A stretch of 64,000 nt of DNA from an uncultured virus (IMG/VR IMGVR_UViG_3300029705_000098) (IMGVR_UViG_3300029705_000098), one strand, 5' to 3'; positions 49,870 to 60,749 are shown, counted from the stretch's first letter. The notes: generated by a model from the letters alone, not told the origin. Numbers and translations are program-made.

Positions 49870-50346
49870 TCATCTTTTCATCTGCTCAATCGCTTTGCGA
49901 TAACTTTCTCTTTCGTCCTCACTACGAGCGTTACGCATCATTTCCGTAAGATGCTCAATCATCTCGTCTTTACTGTGTCGGCTATAACCGTCGTATGAAC
50001 TGTCACGACTAGTAAAGCGACCCATAGCGTCACGACCTCTACGATAAGAGCCATCTTCGCTATATCTTCCATCGCCGTCACCATCACGCCCTCTGCGAGC
50101 ATAAGAGTTATAAGAATCATAAGCGTTGGCATAATCGTCTGAATAGCCTCTCGAATAATCTCTCGCGTAATCTCTTGAGTACCCTTCTTGCTCTGCCTTG
50201 TGCATAGCATCGACCGTTGTAACGTCCTTAACAATGTCGACCATCTTATAGATGTTTTCGAGGTCTGTCGAGGATATTTCTTCTTTCTTACAAATCTTTT
50301 TAAGTTCATCTTCGAGTATATCCTGTATTTCATATAATACTTTCAT
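49870..50346 (-). CDS. Hypothetical protein with Y/S/R/D low-complexity region
   Basis: YSRDYARDYSRG and RGRDAMGRF. Start MKVLYE. Confidence 0.7.
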   Translation of the reverse strand: MKVLYEIQDILEDELKKICKKEEISSTDLENIYKMVDIVKDVTTVDAMHKAEQEGYSRDYARDYSRGYSDDYANAYDSYNSYARRGRDGDGDGRYSEDGSYRRGRDAMGRFTSRDSSYDGYSRHSKDEMIEHLTEMMRNARSEDERESYRKAIEQMKR

Positions 50347-50359
50347 ACTTTCTCCTTTC

Positions 50360-50812
50360 TCACGCAATACGTGTAATGGTGAGGTTAGCATTTTGAACCT
50401 CAATAGTAGGTGTTGGTGTTACTGCGGGGTTATCTGTTGTTGCGTCAACATAGTCAACGGCTACTGTGAAACAGCACCCTCTAGGAACTGTGATAATTGC
50501 TGTGCTTGTAACATTGCCATAAGTGTCCACGGCAGCAGGAACAAAGATTGCTCTTGAAGTGGGACGCTGTTCACCCTGAACTGTAATTGCAATAGCAATG
50601 GGAGTTACTGCACCACCAGCAGGGATTGCAATATTACCGTTAAAAATTACCTGATAACGCGCAAAGCAATTATTAGTGATACCGCGCAGAGTAAAAACAC
50701 CGGTTTCGTCATCGTGAAGAACACAACCACGAGTACAAGGTATAGATGCTGAAAACACAATGGGAGCGTTTAACGCCACGTTTTGTACTGCGTTAGCAAG
50801 ATATTCTGCCAT
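50360..50812 (-). CDS. Hypothetical beta-rich protein (BclA-C/C1q-like shape)
   Basis: Beta-strand pattern ending NANLTITRIA. Confidence 0.55.
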   Translation of the reverse strand: MAEYLANAVQNVALNAPIVFSASIPCTRGCVLHDDETGVFTLRGITNNCFARYQVIFNGNIAIPAGGAVTPIAIAITVQGEQRPTSRAIFVPAAVDTYGNVTSTAIITVPRGCCFTVAVDYVDATTDNPAVTPTPTIEVQNANLTITRIA

Positions 50813-50827
50813 AAGTATCACCTCACA

Positions 50828-51679
50828 TTACATTCCGCAACCGCAACCTACATTCTGATTGCAAGTGAAAATGGGAGTTCTGCCATAAACAGGGGTTGAC
50901 GGAACAGGACAGTTAGAAAGCCTATTGTAGAGCGCATCGACCTCATCAGAGAAACCCTTTTGGATAAATGCGTTCTGTGCCGTCTGACTAGCAGACAGAG
51001 TAGCCATATTGAGTTGAGTACGGAGATTATCGTTCTCCCTCTTGTAACCGTCGAGTTCAAGTTGGCAAAGTTTGTCAAGAATAGCCTGCGTATTTGCCGT
51101 GCTTGTCTGTCTTGTGTTACAAGCCTCTGTTGCGATTGTGTACTTAACATCTGCTGTTGCGGCTCTGTTATCACAACAACACTGTGCCAACTGAGACTGA
51201 ATTGCCTGCATACCCTGTGTAGAAGCTGTTTGAGCGTTGAAACTTCTTTCCATATCTGCAATCTGATTGGTGTAAAGTTGCTGTGCTACAGCGTTCTGCG
51301 CACCGTTTACAGATGCGGTTACACCTGCAAAGCCGCTACACAACTGCTGAGAAATATCTCCGCCAAGATTACAGATTTGGGTGGATAATGAAGATACTCC
51401 ATCACGAATGGAAGTAATATTGTCGTTGAGCAGAGCGTTCTGGAATCCTGTGTTAGTGTTTGCGTTAATTCCAGACTGTCCATTAAGCAACCAAGGAAAA
51501 TCATAGCCGAGAGCGTTTCCACCGAAACCGCCACCAAAGCCATTATTACCCCAACCGCCAGCGAACAAGAGGAGAAGTAAAATCCACCAACCGTCTCCGC
51601 CCCAAGAGCCGAAACCGCTATTGCCACTTCCGTACATAGGAGCTACTGGCATTACCATTTGTTCTGAACCATTAGTCAT
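50828..51679 (-). CDS. Gly-rich, hydrophobic-segment, coiled-coil protein with CCC motif
   Basis: GGDGWWILLLLLF, QLAQCCCDN, ILDKLCQ and C-terminal GCGCGM. Confidence 0.7.
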   Translation of the reverse strand: MTNGSEQMVMPVAPMYGSGNSGFGSWGGDGWWILLLLLFAGGWGNNGFGGGFGGNALGYDFPWLLNGQSGINANTNTGFQNALLNDNITSIRDGVSSLSTQICNLGGDISQQLCSGFAGVTASVNGAQNAVAQQLYTNQIADMERSFNAQTASTQGMQAIQSQLAQCCCDNRAATADVKYTIATEACNTRQTSTANTQAILDKLCQLELDGYKRENDNLRTQLNMATLSASQTAQNAFIQKGFSDEVDALYNRLSNCPVPSTPVYGRTPIFTCNQNVGCGCGM

Positions 51680-51856
51680 AATAGTTCTCCTTTCATAAAT
51701 TTTTATATCTACTGTTGCAACGAATAGAAAACTGAATTAAAATAGAAATACCCAATGTGATTAAACTTCTCATTCGGTTTTTACTTCCTGAGAGCGATGC
51801 CGTGCTACCTTCCCATAACGACATCGCTTTTTAATTTAGTCATTCAACTATTCAAC

Positions 51857-52889
51857 TTAATCATTTGAGATTAAATTACGAAATTGTGGGTCATTCTTCA
51901 TCTTCATAACCCTGTTTATCTGTTCTTGACTTACCTGGCCACTGTTAAGCAAATATTGAAGTATCTGATTTGGGTCTGTCATATCTTGTGGAATGTTATA
52001 CTTACGAGAAAGCATAGACATTGGGTTTTGCTTAAATTGATTGAGCATACTTATAAAATTATTCTGTGGCTGAAGTTGCTGATAGAGAGGTGAACTCATA
52101 ATCACTCCTCCTTATTTTTCTTATATGTGTTATTAGTCGGTTGTTTAGACTGCTTTAATTCTGCTCTGATTTCGTTTCTAAAAGCGTCAAACTCATTTCG
52201 TGAGATATATTCTGTTTTTTGCTCTTGTGCGTTAGAACTTGATTGTGAGCGTTCTTTGTAGTCAAAAATTCTCAACGGAAGCGGAACACCGCTTTGGTCT
52301 GTTGATTTGATGTACATAACAGGACTTTCGCTGTCCATTAAAAGCACACTTCTTCCTGCCGCTACGGGATATGATTTCGCAGAGTTTTCTCCTTGAACCC
52401 ACGTGATGCCATCATTTTGCTGTTGCGTATTATTAGCAACCATTTGTGGCATATACTGCTGTGTGGGTTGATAATACTGTTGATACGGATTGTAGCCAAA
52501 TGCCATTGTCAGTTCTCCTTCTTAAAGTAAAAGATTGGAATTTCGTTACCGCTGTCCCAGGTGTCGTAGTAATCACCGTTGACAATCGTAACAACGTGCG
52601 TGCCTGTTGCAAGAAGATACAAGCCTTCAGGATGGTCAATACAAAAATCTTTAATCGTATAACAATCAGGACAAGTGTCTGGAATGATGTAGCGTCTAAA
52701 CCCGTTGTGCTTTAAGTAAGCACTCCAAATAGCATTTGAAGATGGCATATCTTTTAATTTATATCCTTGCGTAGTTACACCTAAGTAAGATGTGTCCCAA
52801 TCTTGATTAAGAGCCAACGAGATTGCTCGTACAACACAGTCACCTACAAGATTTGCTTTGGGATTAGGATTATAGTATTGCCAACCCAC
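51857..52889 (-). other. Three cassette genes (51857-52105, 52102-52506, 52509-52889)
   Basis: Q/N-rich proteins. 52509-52889 has YNPNP...GDCVVRA...H......DTWD, a possible Cys-His peptidase-like fold. Confidence 0.65.
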
Positions 52890-53021
52890 AGACTTATACC
52901 TTCTCGCTCTGTATTAAAATAAGGAAAGCAATTACTTCGTTACATTTGTAACGTTCCATTATTTCTAATAGTTCGTTGCTTATGTCTCTCATAATTACCT
53001 TCCCCTTTGACATAAGCATAC

Positions 53022-53056
53022 AAGTAAAAGAGCAACCGTATTTGCACGATTGCTCT
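53022..53056 (-). terminator. Terminator after the lysis/HTH genes
   Basis: AGAGCAATCGT/ACGGTTGCTCT stem followed by a T-run. Confidence 0.7.
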
Positions 53057-53080
53057 CTAAAAATTTTATGAAAATTGTAC

Positions 53081-53281
53081 TTAAATTACCCTAAGTATCT
53101 TGTTCTTTACTGACTTTGCTAATTTAGAAACCTTGCTTTCTGATATGTTCATCTTTATCGAGATTTGAAAGTTGCTATAATGCTTTGCCCGAAGATTGAA
53201 ATATTCGAGTTCATCTGGGGTAAAGTTGCACTCTTTTCTAAATCTTTCAAGTTCCCGCTCTACGAAGTCATATAATTTCAT
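53081..53281 (-). CDS. LuxR/sigma-4-like HTH protein
   Basis: NFT.DE...F.LR....S..QIS..MNISES.V pattern. Confidence 0.7.
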   Translation of the reverse strand: MKLYDFVERELERFRKECNFTPDELEYFNLRAKHYSNFQISIKMNISESKVSKLAKSVKNKILRVI

Positions 53282-54033
53282 ACCGCGCTAAGATATGACA
53301 TAGATACCCACATACCACTTCCTATTTTTGCCCAGTTACCGTTTGTTTCAAAAACAGATACTAACGCTCCATTGTAGAGTTCACCTACTTTATTTGCGTC
53401 ATTCTGGGCAACAACGGGAGTGCTCCTTATGGCCAAGAACGTATGAATGTTCACAACTCTATACGTTTTTACTATATCAGGTTCGGGCTCAGGAGTTGGT
53501 TGAGGCTTAGGTTCAGCCTCATACTTGATAAGAGGTAATTTACCCCACTCGTCCCATTCACTCGCTTTTGATTTTACCGTGCCGTATGCGTGTCCTTTGG
53601 CTTCTACAACAGTTCCGCTATTGTCGACGATAAACCCAACATGGTGTCTTATACCGTTTTTTACTTTGAAGACACCAAGTCCAATTTTTTCACTGGGGAG
53701 AGTATTAATCTTTCCTTTTTCGGTGCACTTATTGTATAAAGTATTTGAGCCCCAATCTTCACTAGCCTTGTAGGTTGGAGTCTTATCTTCCATACTCTTT
53801 GCCCATAAGAACCACTTGAAAAGTCCTGCACAATCTGTTACAGGCTTTCCGAAGTCATCAACGAAACTAGCTTCAGTCCAACTCTTAGGCGGATAATACT
53901 GAGTATAGTCAGCCTTTTTCTGATTGTACAGACTACGGCTTGCCTTTTGCCCAAAACAGCCCATCCAGTAAGCAGTCCCAACTACCTCAAGACAGAATTT
54001 CGCAAGATTAGTATTGGTACGCTCAATAGCCAT
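53278..54033 (-). CDS. Endolysin (NlpC/P60-like catalytic domain plus SH3b)
   Basis: DCAGL, HVG and VEAKG motifs. P/E linker. L.IR...WAKI...WVS..YL C-terminus. Confidence 0.85.
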   Translation of the reverse strand: MAIERTNTNLAKFCLEVVGTAYWMGCFGQKASRSLYNQKKADYTQYYPPKSWTEASFVDDFGKPVTDCAGLFKWFLWAKSMEDKTPTYKASEDWGSNTLYNKCTEKGKINTLPSEKIGLGVFKVKNGIRHHVGFIVDNSGTVVEAKGHAYGTVKSKASEWDEWGKLPLIKYEAEPKPQPTPEPEPDIVKTYRVVNIHTFLAIRSTPVVAQNDANKVGELYNGALVSVFETNGNWAKIGSGMWVSMSYLSAV

Positions 54034-54036
54034 AAG

Positions 54037-54321
54037 TTACTCCTCGCTGAACAGTGTTTTAAGTTTCTTAACAACCTGATTTACACCTGTTGCGGCAAGT
54101 CCAGAAAATCCGCCGATTACACTTGCAGTAAGCCAATCAGACGCAGGGATAATATTTGGAATTGTATAGAACGATACAAGTCCAAGAATAACACCTACGA
54201 TTGCACAAATGCCAGGAATAAAGTCATTAAGTTTCTCATTCTTGAATAACTTAACGATGTAACCCACAAGATAACAGAAACCTACAATTACGGGTACTGT
54301 TACGATTTCACCAATATTCAT
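54037..54321 (-). CDS. Holin
   Basis: Three hydrophobic segments, SGLAATG.NQ. Adjacent to the lysin. Confidence 0.85.
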   Translation of the reverse strand: MNIGEIVTVPVIVGFCYLVGYIVKLFKNEKLNDFIPGICAIVGVILGLVSFYTIPNIIPASDWLTASVIGGFSGLAATGVNQVVKKLKTLFSEE

Positions 54322-54421
54322 TGTTTGTCTCCTCCTTTATCATTTCGTATAAATATTGCCATAAATGCAAATATTCCACAAAGTAGTATAACTAAAACCA
54401 GCGTCCAAAACTCGTAATCTA

Positions 54422-54670
54422 TCATATATTAAGTAATTTTTGAACTTGCTTTTCAATATCTTCAAGTTTTTCCCGAAAAGATAATACATCTTTTTCCAGA
54501 AGTATAACCTTCTCTTTAAGTTTATCTTGATTGCTGATATACTTATCAAGTTTAATCTCTAATTGCTCTATACGATAATTAGAGAGTTTGCTTGAAATCA
54601 TAATACCGCTTATTGAACCCGTAACTGTTCCTATAAGGGCTATGATTGCAACAAGAACCTCGCTGTCCAT
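54422..54670 (-). CDS. Holin-associated membrane/coiled-coil protein
   Basis: N-terminal transmembrane helix and YRIEQLE.K. Confidence 0.65.
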   Translation of the reverse strand: MDSEVLVAIIALIGTVTGSISGIMISSKLSNYRIEQLEIKLDKYISNQDKLKEKVILLEKDVLSFREKLEDIEKQVQKLLNI

Positions 54671-54761
54671 TGTGATTGCCCTCCTTACCCATTTTTCTTT
54701 ATTATAACATTTTATACCACCAAGTGTGCAAATTAAATGGCGTTTGTCTGAAAATTATCTT

Positions 54762-55901
54762 TCAGATTACATACCTATACTCACCACTCCAGTATAATTT
54801 TGAACCACTTGGTATAGTAGTAACAGAAATAAGGGTGTGATATGTTTTGCCGTAAGTTTGAACAGAGCCATACCCGTCTGTGCCCACATTATGCGCGTAG
54901 GAACCCAAACCCGCGGGATGTAAAATCATATGTAACTCCGCACCATCATCATATTGTAAGATAATGTCAGGTTGCTTGTTGACCATTAAATACGCGGATT
55001 CCAAATCTGCCTTAACAATTACTAATTCATCATTAGGAATAACAATATTAACAACATTCTGATTTACATACTGCATACCATAATATTTGCTAAATCTAAT
55101 ATCGTCAAGCAACTCAATATATACTTCCACGTTCATAGTGTCAGTAAGGCTATAAACTCTCGTTTCCAAAATTGCAGGTGTTGCACCCTCAAAAGTATTA
55201 CCTGTGATTGTTTGAGCAAAATACAGCTTATTCTTTGCTACAAACCTTACAGTGCCCCAATAAATTCCATCAGAAGTTATCTCTTGGTTATTTACTAGTA
55301 TTTTTAAATCCAACTCTTCTGCGGTAGGACAATCAACGCCCCCGACATTAACACTGTGGTTACCTCCTGTCCACAAGCCTCCACTCCAACCCGTTTTGTC
55401 AATCGAAAACGGTCCAATAATGTCGGTTGAGGCGGTCATATAATGTTTCTGCTCTACAAAACCAATATCATCTACCAAAAAACCAAGTCCAACATTAACT
55501 AATTGGAATAAATTATTAGGTCCGCGTCTATGAAACTCTCTAGCCAAGAATAATCCCTCGCCAAGATAAGCAAAGTGTGTATACTGATTATTACTTACCA
55601 GTAGACAATTTTCTTTTCTGATTACAGCATCCTCATATCGGCAGGCATATGAAGTAACACCCGTAGAAGTTTTTTCATTGATATACAGATATCCGTCATA
55701 TTCGACATCAAAGAAACAAATATGATTTGTATAATCAGCAGGATATTCGGAGCCACCACAAGTGATAACTTGTTTTATTGGGGTTGATTGTCCCCCGACA
55801 ATAAGCGACTGCCCGATAACGACAATGCAACCGCCAACAGTTGTAACAAAGCCGATTAACTGATTAACTGTGAATGAAATTGTGTTGTCCATATCACTCA
55901 C
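54762..55901 (-). CDS. Tail-region beta-rich protein with hydrophobic N-terminus
   Basis: 379 aa between the tail fibre and the lysis genes. Confidence 0.55.
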   Translation of the reverse strand: MSDMDNTISFTVNQLIGFVTTVGGCIVVIGQSLIVGGQSTPIKQVITCGGSEYPADYTNHICFFDVEYDGYLYINEKTSTGVTSYACRYEDAVIRKENCLLVSNNQYTHFAYLGEGLFLAREFHRRGPNNLFQLVNVGLGFLVDDIGFVEQKHYMTASTDIIGPFSIDKTGWSGGLWTGGNHSVNVGGVDCPTAEELDLKILVNNQEITSDGIYWGTVRFVAKNKLYFAQTITGNTFEGATPAILETRVYSLTDTMNVEVYIELLDDIRFSKYYGMQYVNQNVVNIVIPNDELVIVKADLESAYLMVNKQPDIILQYDDGAELHMILHPAGLGSYAHNVGTDGYGSVQTYGKTYHTLISVTTIPSGSKLYWSGEYRYVI

Positions 55902-58146
55902 CGCCTCGCTTCTTGCTTATCGGTTCATCGCCGATAGTCTTGATTTCTTCTTTCGGCTCGTCAATTTCTTTCGTCTTTTCGGTATCTTCGCTTTCCTCTG
56001 TCGGTTCTTCTTCGCTACCGCTATTGCTACTGCCCAAGAACACACCGCCAAGTGATTTAGCACCGCCACCGCCAGAATGATTACTTACATACTGCTCAAC
56101 ACTCACCTTGTATTCCACTGCACAATCACCTGTATCTGCGTAGATATTGTTTGTGCCGTTGAGTGTGATGATAGGCTCTCCGTCAGGTAAAGCAATGACG
56201 TAAGATGTTCCGAGAGGATAAACAACCTGTGCTCCTGTTGTCGGTGTTGCACCTTGCGAATAGGCATCCATAGAACTTATCCACGGCTCGTTTATTGCCT
56301 CTCCGTTGTAAGACGCAATATAATTGTGTGTTACCTCAAACTGCCTATGTCCTGCCTTGTCCTGCGTGAAATGACCACCATAGTAAGTGCCACCGAGGTT
56401 GATTACTTCGGTATTGCCGTTGTATGGTTTAAAAAAAGCAGCTACATCTATCTCAAACTCTAAATTATAACGAGCCATTATCTTGTTATATGTTTCTTCT
56501 GTTTGTGGATAGAAAATCAAGCCTGTTAAGATAATGCTTGCGTCACCAATAGCGGTGTTCTTTTTGTTTGTTTGAGGTGCACCGTTCTGTACAACCCAGC
56601 GATACTCTCTTGTTGTTATTTGTTCTGTTCCGTCCCACTTGCTATCTACAAAGCCAAAACTAATGCCCGACAAATCAACCGATACGTCTTTGTCAATCAG
56701 AGATACGTTTATAACCGCATTGGGAACGCACGACCTCAAAACATAGTACGAACTTCTCACCGCTACCCAATCGCTAAATGGCTTTACGTCCACAAGATTG
56801 TCTCCGCACTTCGCAAGGCTAATCTTACTCCAACCGCTTATCGGCAAAGGCGAGGCAGGTGTAGGTGTTCCGCTTTTCTGCACCGCATTTACATCAACCT
56901 CTAATGACTTGATAGGCAGAGCCAAGTCTGTCTCAAAGTTCGCAACACCACCGCTTGCCGTATCATCAGGCAGGATATTATAGACAATATCATCAACTTG
57001 TGCTTTGGTGTAGGTAGTGCTCTTATCGGCTTTATCGTCAAGAAGATCATCAACTTCGCTATTGGTATAAATGCCGTCAAGTCTCGCTCTGACCTTATTG
57101 CCGTTAGCGTCAAACTCGAACTTTACGTTTGTCGTGTCCTCAAAATCAACCGCACCGCTTGAAATGCCGTTGCCAAGAACTTCTGTTCCGTTGACCTTGA
57201 TGTTACGCCAAGTGTCGTTATCTTCATCACCAGACGGAATATAAACCCATTCAGAGCCGTTGGAAATGAATGCATCACCGACCTTTGCGGTCTGTCCTGC
57301 GTATGTTCCGTCAGTAATAACCTTGTACGTCCAACCCTCATTATAATCACTTGCAACAGGCAGAACTTCAATCGTACCGCCTGTGCCTAATGTTCCCTTA
57401 AAGACCATAGGTGCAGGAAGATTGTCAATACGTCTGTCAAGGCGTGAGATTTCGCTTGTAAGGCTCTTGTTTCTGTTAAAGGTTAAATCACCTGCAAGGG
57501 TTTCATTACCACTCCAGTCGAGTATACGAGCGTTAGAGCGTTCTCTTATACCCGTGCCGTTGCCGATAATCTCAATATAGTTGCCTCTTCCCGATGAAGA
57601 CACCGTGCTATCGTCAGGCGTGTTGAACTCACCAAAGACGTGCTGACTTCTGTGGTTTGCAACTGTACTCCTACCCCCAGCAAACGAAGCATAACCGCTT
57701 GCTGTATTTCCGTCACCAACAGCCACCGACCGATTACCAACATCGCCCGGTTTTCGGTTAAGACTTAACGACCCTGTTCCTGTCGGGTTAGCCTTGTCCA
57801 GTTTATTTGCAAGAGCACTTGTTACATCAGTAGAGTCAGCCTTGCCGTCAACAACACCTGAAAGAGTATCAATAGCAGATTTCACGCTCTGTACATCATC
57901 AGCAAGTTTGATATTAAGCCACTTCTCACTATCAAACTCTTCGGGTTCGTCAATAGCGGTAATGCACCTATAAAGCAGACTTTCTTGGATTACATACTCG
58001 CCTACCGCATAAGTTCTCTCACTAGAGTATTTATTCGCAATAACCTTAACAGCCGTATCGCCGTCAATAACATAAACAGAACCAAAGTCCACATCAAGGT
58101 TCTCATTAGAACTTTCAAATGTAACATCTAATTCAACGTCAGCCAT
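55894..58146 (-). CDS. Tail fibre / receptor-binding protein (mosaic)
   Basis: Y.VGEYVI....LYRC module, YadA-head-like SVAVG..NTASG.ASFAGG repeats, KADK..TYTK..VD repeats. Confidence 0.75.
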   Translation of the reverse strand: MADVELDVTFESSNENLDVDFGSVYVIDGDTAVKVIANKYSSERTYAVGEYVIQESLLYRCITAIDEPEEFDSEKWLNIKLADDVQSVKSAIDTLSGVVDGKADSTDVTSALANKLDKANPTGTGSLSLNRKPGDVGNRSVAVGDGNTASGYASFAGGRSTVANHRSQHVFGEFNTPDDSTVSSSGRGNYIEIIGNGTGIRERSNARILDWSGNETLAGDLTFNRNKSLTSEISRLDRRIDNLPAPMVFKGTLGTGGTIEVLPVASDYNEGWTYKVITDGTYAGQTAKVGDAFISNGSEWVYIPSGDEDNDTWRNIKVNGTEVLGNGISSGAVDFEDTTNVKFEFDANGNKVRARLDGIYTNSEVDDLLDDKADKSTTYTKAQVDDIVYNILPDDTASGGVANFETDLALPIKSLEVDVNAVQKSGTPTPASPLPISGWSKISLAKCGDNLVDVKPFSDWVAVRSSYYVLRSCVPNAVINVSLIDKDVSVDLSGISFGFVDSKWDGTEQITTREYRWVVQNGAPQTNKKNTAIGDASIILTGLIFYPQTEETYNKIMARYNLEFEIDVAAFFKPYNGNTEVINLGGTYYGGHFTQDKAGHRQFEVTHNYIASYNGEAINEPWISSMDAYSQGATPTTGAQVVYPLGTSYVIALPDGEPIITLNGTNNIYADTGDCAVEYKVSVEQYVSNHSGGGGAKSLGGVFLGSSNSGSEEEPTEESEDTEKTKEIDEPKEEIKTIGDEPISKKRGGE

Positions 58147-58477
58147 CTTGAGCCTCCTCTACTTGAATAACTCCGCCCTTGTAAATTTCTAAAATATCTT
58201 CATCATTGCCCTCATTAGCAAGCGCAGTCCCATCGTCAAGTAAAATACGTAACTGAATGATAGCATCTCCCGCTTTAAGATTGAGCGTATCGTCTTGCGT
58301 AAGGGTTACAAGTATCTTTTTATTCTCATAATCAAATACGCAATCAGAGATAGTCTTGTCTACTTTAGGCTTTTTCTGTTGAGAGATATAAAACCATACC
58401 TGAACTACATCGTGTAAATCAATATCATTTTTGATATTAGCACAGATTGTTGGAGTTGTTCCACGAATAATGCTCAT
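58139..58477 (-). CDS. BppU-N-like baseplate protein
   Basis: IIRGTTP, LTQDDTL and IQLR motifs. Confidence 0.6.
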   Translation of the reverse strand: MSIIRGTTPTICANIKNDIDLHDVVQVWFYISQQKKPKVDKTISDCVFDYENKKILVTLTQDDTLNLKAGDAIIQLRILLDDGTALANEGNDEDILEIYKGGVIQVEEAQDG

Positions 58478-58489
58478 ATTATTTCTCCT

Positions 58490-60061
58490 TTACTCGTATA
58501 CCTCTTGAAGCGTGTATTCTACGGTCATCGCCTGCGAACCACTCTTCTGAATAGGGGTAGGCAAGTTGAACAGCGTAGTGTTTAACATCTTGTTTGCAAG
58601 GATAAATCTTTCAGTATACAGCGGATTGCTGTTACCGCCTACTCCGATTGCAAAGAACGAAGGCTTATATGTGTTACCAAAAGCCATTGAGTAAGAGTTA
58701 CTTGAGGCACCTGTAAGACTTGCGTTCTTACAACTATATCCTGTTGTTCCATTTACAACTATTCCGCTAACATTTCCCATTTCATTCCACTGGTTACCAC
58801 AAGAAACTAATAATTCACCACCATAAGCAGGCTGTGTGTAGTAACCCTGTGCGGTGTTAAACGTCACTGTTGTCTGGTCAGATTGATTTGTAAAGTTAAT
58901 CTTTTTATATCCATTAACAGATAAACCAGCTTCAGGTGCAGTAGGAAAATAGAAGTAGTTTCCTGACTTAATGATTGCGTTAGTATTTATTCTACGTCTC
59001 CAGCTATATCCCTCATTAAGGTTAACAACTCCTAAGCAGGCGATATTCGCTGTGTCGCTTATAACAGTACCGTGTGCAGTTTCAACTTCGTTTTCACAAT
59101 CAATAACGATATAGTTGATATGGTCCTTAGAATATGCTTGCGCTGTGCTAGTCATATTAGAGAACAGATATAACAACTTATTCTCATAGTCAAAGTAGTA
59201 GCAAGGGTTTGTATAGAATGTGATATTGCTGGAAGTAATTTTGAATTTCCTAACAAAGTCGTTATTAACATTCCATCTCTCAAACAGGCCCGCTTTTCCA
59301 AAAGGAAATCTCTTAATGTAAATCATAATTTCATTTGTAGAAAAGATGTTGACAGTATCAGTATACTGTCCGTCACTTCCAATCTTAAATACAAAACCAT
59401 GATAATCGTCATACTGGCCAAAGAGTGTTTCATCAGAAATCAAGCACTTTGCAGGCGTAGCAACCTGAGTAAAAGAACTCGCGTTGATTATATCGAACGG
59501 CACAAAGTTTTGAAATGCGTATGTGTTAGAACCAAGTCCTGCGTCTCCTGTATCTGTATGTGTAAGAGACAGTGCAGAGATAGTTCCATTGCCGTGAGTA
59601 GTTCCCCACTCATACACGTACTTAACTTCATTTTCAGAAAATGCGTATGCCGCTGTTGTAGGATTTCCTCTGCGTAAGTCATCGTCATGGCTGGAGTCTA
59701 TTGTTGTTTGTCCAGCATGAGCAACAAGATGATTTACGTTATCTGCTTGAGGATAGTAATTGTCAGGGTCAAGCACTTGCTCACCACCAACTTCAACAGT
59801 CGGGTGAGGATTCTGATAGAGAAGAACTCCGCCAAACCACTTCTTCCAAACACCGCTGTCGCCAAAAATCTTACTATAATCAACGGCTCCGCAGTAGTTA
59901 TTTGCAAGAATGTCGCGCACCGCATTAGTGACGATGTTATCGCCCTCTATTACCTCATTCTTGCCGTTCTTACAGTTATGAAGTGTAATCTTAATATGTC
60001 CCTTGAACCTAGGCATCTTTACTTGTGAAAACCCTTCAATTTTTCTTGTGTCTTTTATCAT
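58490..60061 (-). CDS. Tail/baseplate protein
   Basis: 523 aa. NIVT, RRG, YEWGT..GNG.I and NL.TPI.K...Q.M.V.Y motifs. Confidence 0.65.
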   Translation of the reverse strand: MIKDTRKIEGFSQVKMPRFKGHIKITLHNCKNGKNEVIEGDNIVTNAVRDILANNYCGAVDYSKIFGDSGVWKKWFGGVLLYQNPHPTVEVGGEQVLDPDNYYPQADNVNHLVAHAGQTTIDSSHDDDLRRGNPTTAAYAFSENEVKYVYEWGTTHGNGTISALSLTHTDTGDAGLGSNTYAFQNFVPFDIINASSFTQVATPAKCLISDETLFGQYDDYHGFVFKIGSDGQYTDTVNIFSTNEIMIYIKRFPFGKAGLFERWNVNNDFVRKFKITSSNITFYTNPCYYFDYENKLLYLFSNMTSTAQAYSKDHINYIVIDCENEVETAHGTVISDTANIACLGVVNLNEGYSWRRRINTNAIIKSGNYFYFPTAPEAGLSVNGYKKINFTNQSDQTTVTFNTAQGYYTQPAYGGELLVSCGNQWNEMGNVSGIVVNGTTGYSCKNASLTGASSNSYSMAFGNTYKPSFFAIGVGGNSNPLYTERFILANKMLNTTLFNLPTPIQKSGSQAMTVEYTLQEVYE

Positions 60062-60074
60062 ACTTTACCTCCAC

Positions 60075-60749
60075 TTAACTTGCTAACCAGCCGCGCAACT
60101 TTGAGCCATTGTCGATTGTGTCGTAAATATATGTTTCGTCAATCTCATCATACAAGCACCACTGATTATCGTTATATGCGGGTACGAATCTATGAACAAG
60201 CACATCGCTTTCATAAATTTCAAACCAAAATAAGCGCATATACACTGAATTTTGCGATGGACTCCACCCGTCAACCGCTTCTGATAAGTTTTCTATAAAA
60301 ATACCCATAGGACCGTTTGCGTCTGCGATTGTTCCTGTTGTGGTCAAAGAGCGAGTGGTTGTTACATCACTCTCCCTATACCATGAGATTGCATTTCCAA
60401 CTGCCTCGAAAATACAGGGTACATTTGTCCAATTTGATGATGTTGAACTTTCACCTGCAAGAATTGTATCGCCTTGGTTCCATGCGTTCTTTGTCATATA
60501 GGCAAGCTGTGTGCTGTCACCTATTGAGAAACCCATAGCGTTAGTTCTCCAGTTGCCTTGCTCATACCCAAAAATCGCACGCCACCCACCGCTTATAGCG
60601 TCTATTGCGGCTTTCATTTTTATTTTTGTAGTTGTCTTGTGTTTATATCCTGTGTTGAAACCAACTTTCCCAACATTATAGATATAACTTTCATAAGACG
60701 GAGTTGGTGTCGGACTACTGCCGCCCTTTTTAACTTCATACCAAGCCAT
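60075..60749 (-). CDS. Tail protein with lectin/LamG-like C-terminal domain
   Basis: FNTG...EIY....LVH.FVP......CLYD pattern. Confidence 0.55.
   Translation of the reverse strand: MAWYEVKKGGSSPTPTPSYESYIYNVGKVGFNTGYKHKTTTKIKMKAAIDAISGGWRAIFGYEQGNWRTNAMGFSIGDSTQLAYMTKNAWNQGDTILAGESSTSSNWTNVPCIFEAVGNAISWYRESDVTTTRSLTTTGTIADANGPMGIFIENLSEAVDGWSPSQNSVYMRLFWFEIYESDVLVHRFVPAYNDNQWCLYDEIDETYIYDTIDNGSKLRGWLAS

Noticed and set aside
50030..50185. Short DNA repeats as a regulatory or CRISPR-like array
   Set aside because: They are explained by the YSRD-type low-complexity protein sequence.
54762..60749. Diversity-generating retroelement targeting tail genes
   Set aside because: No reverse transcriptase and no TR/VR pair seen in the window.
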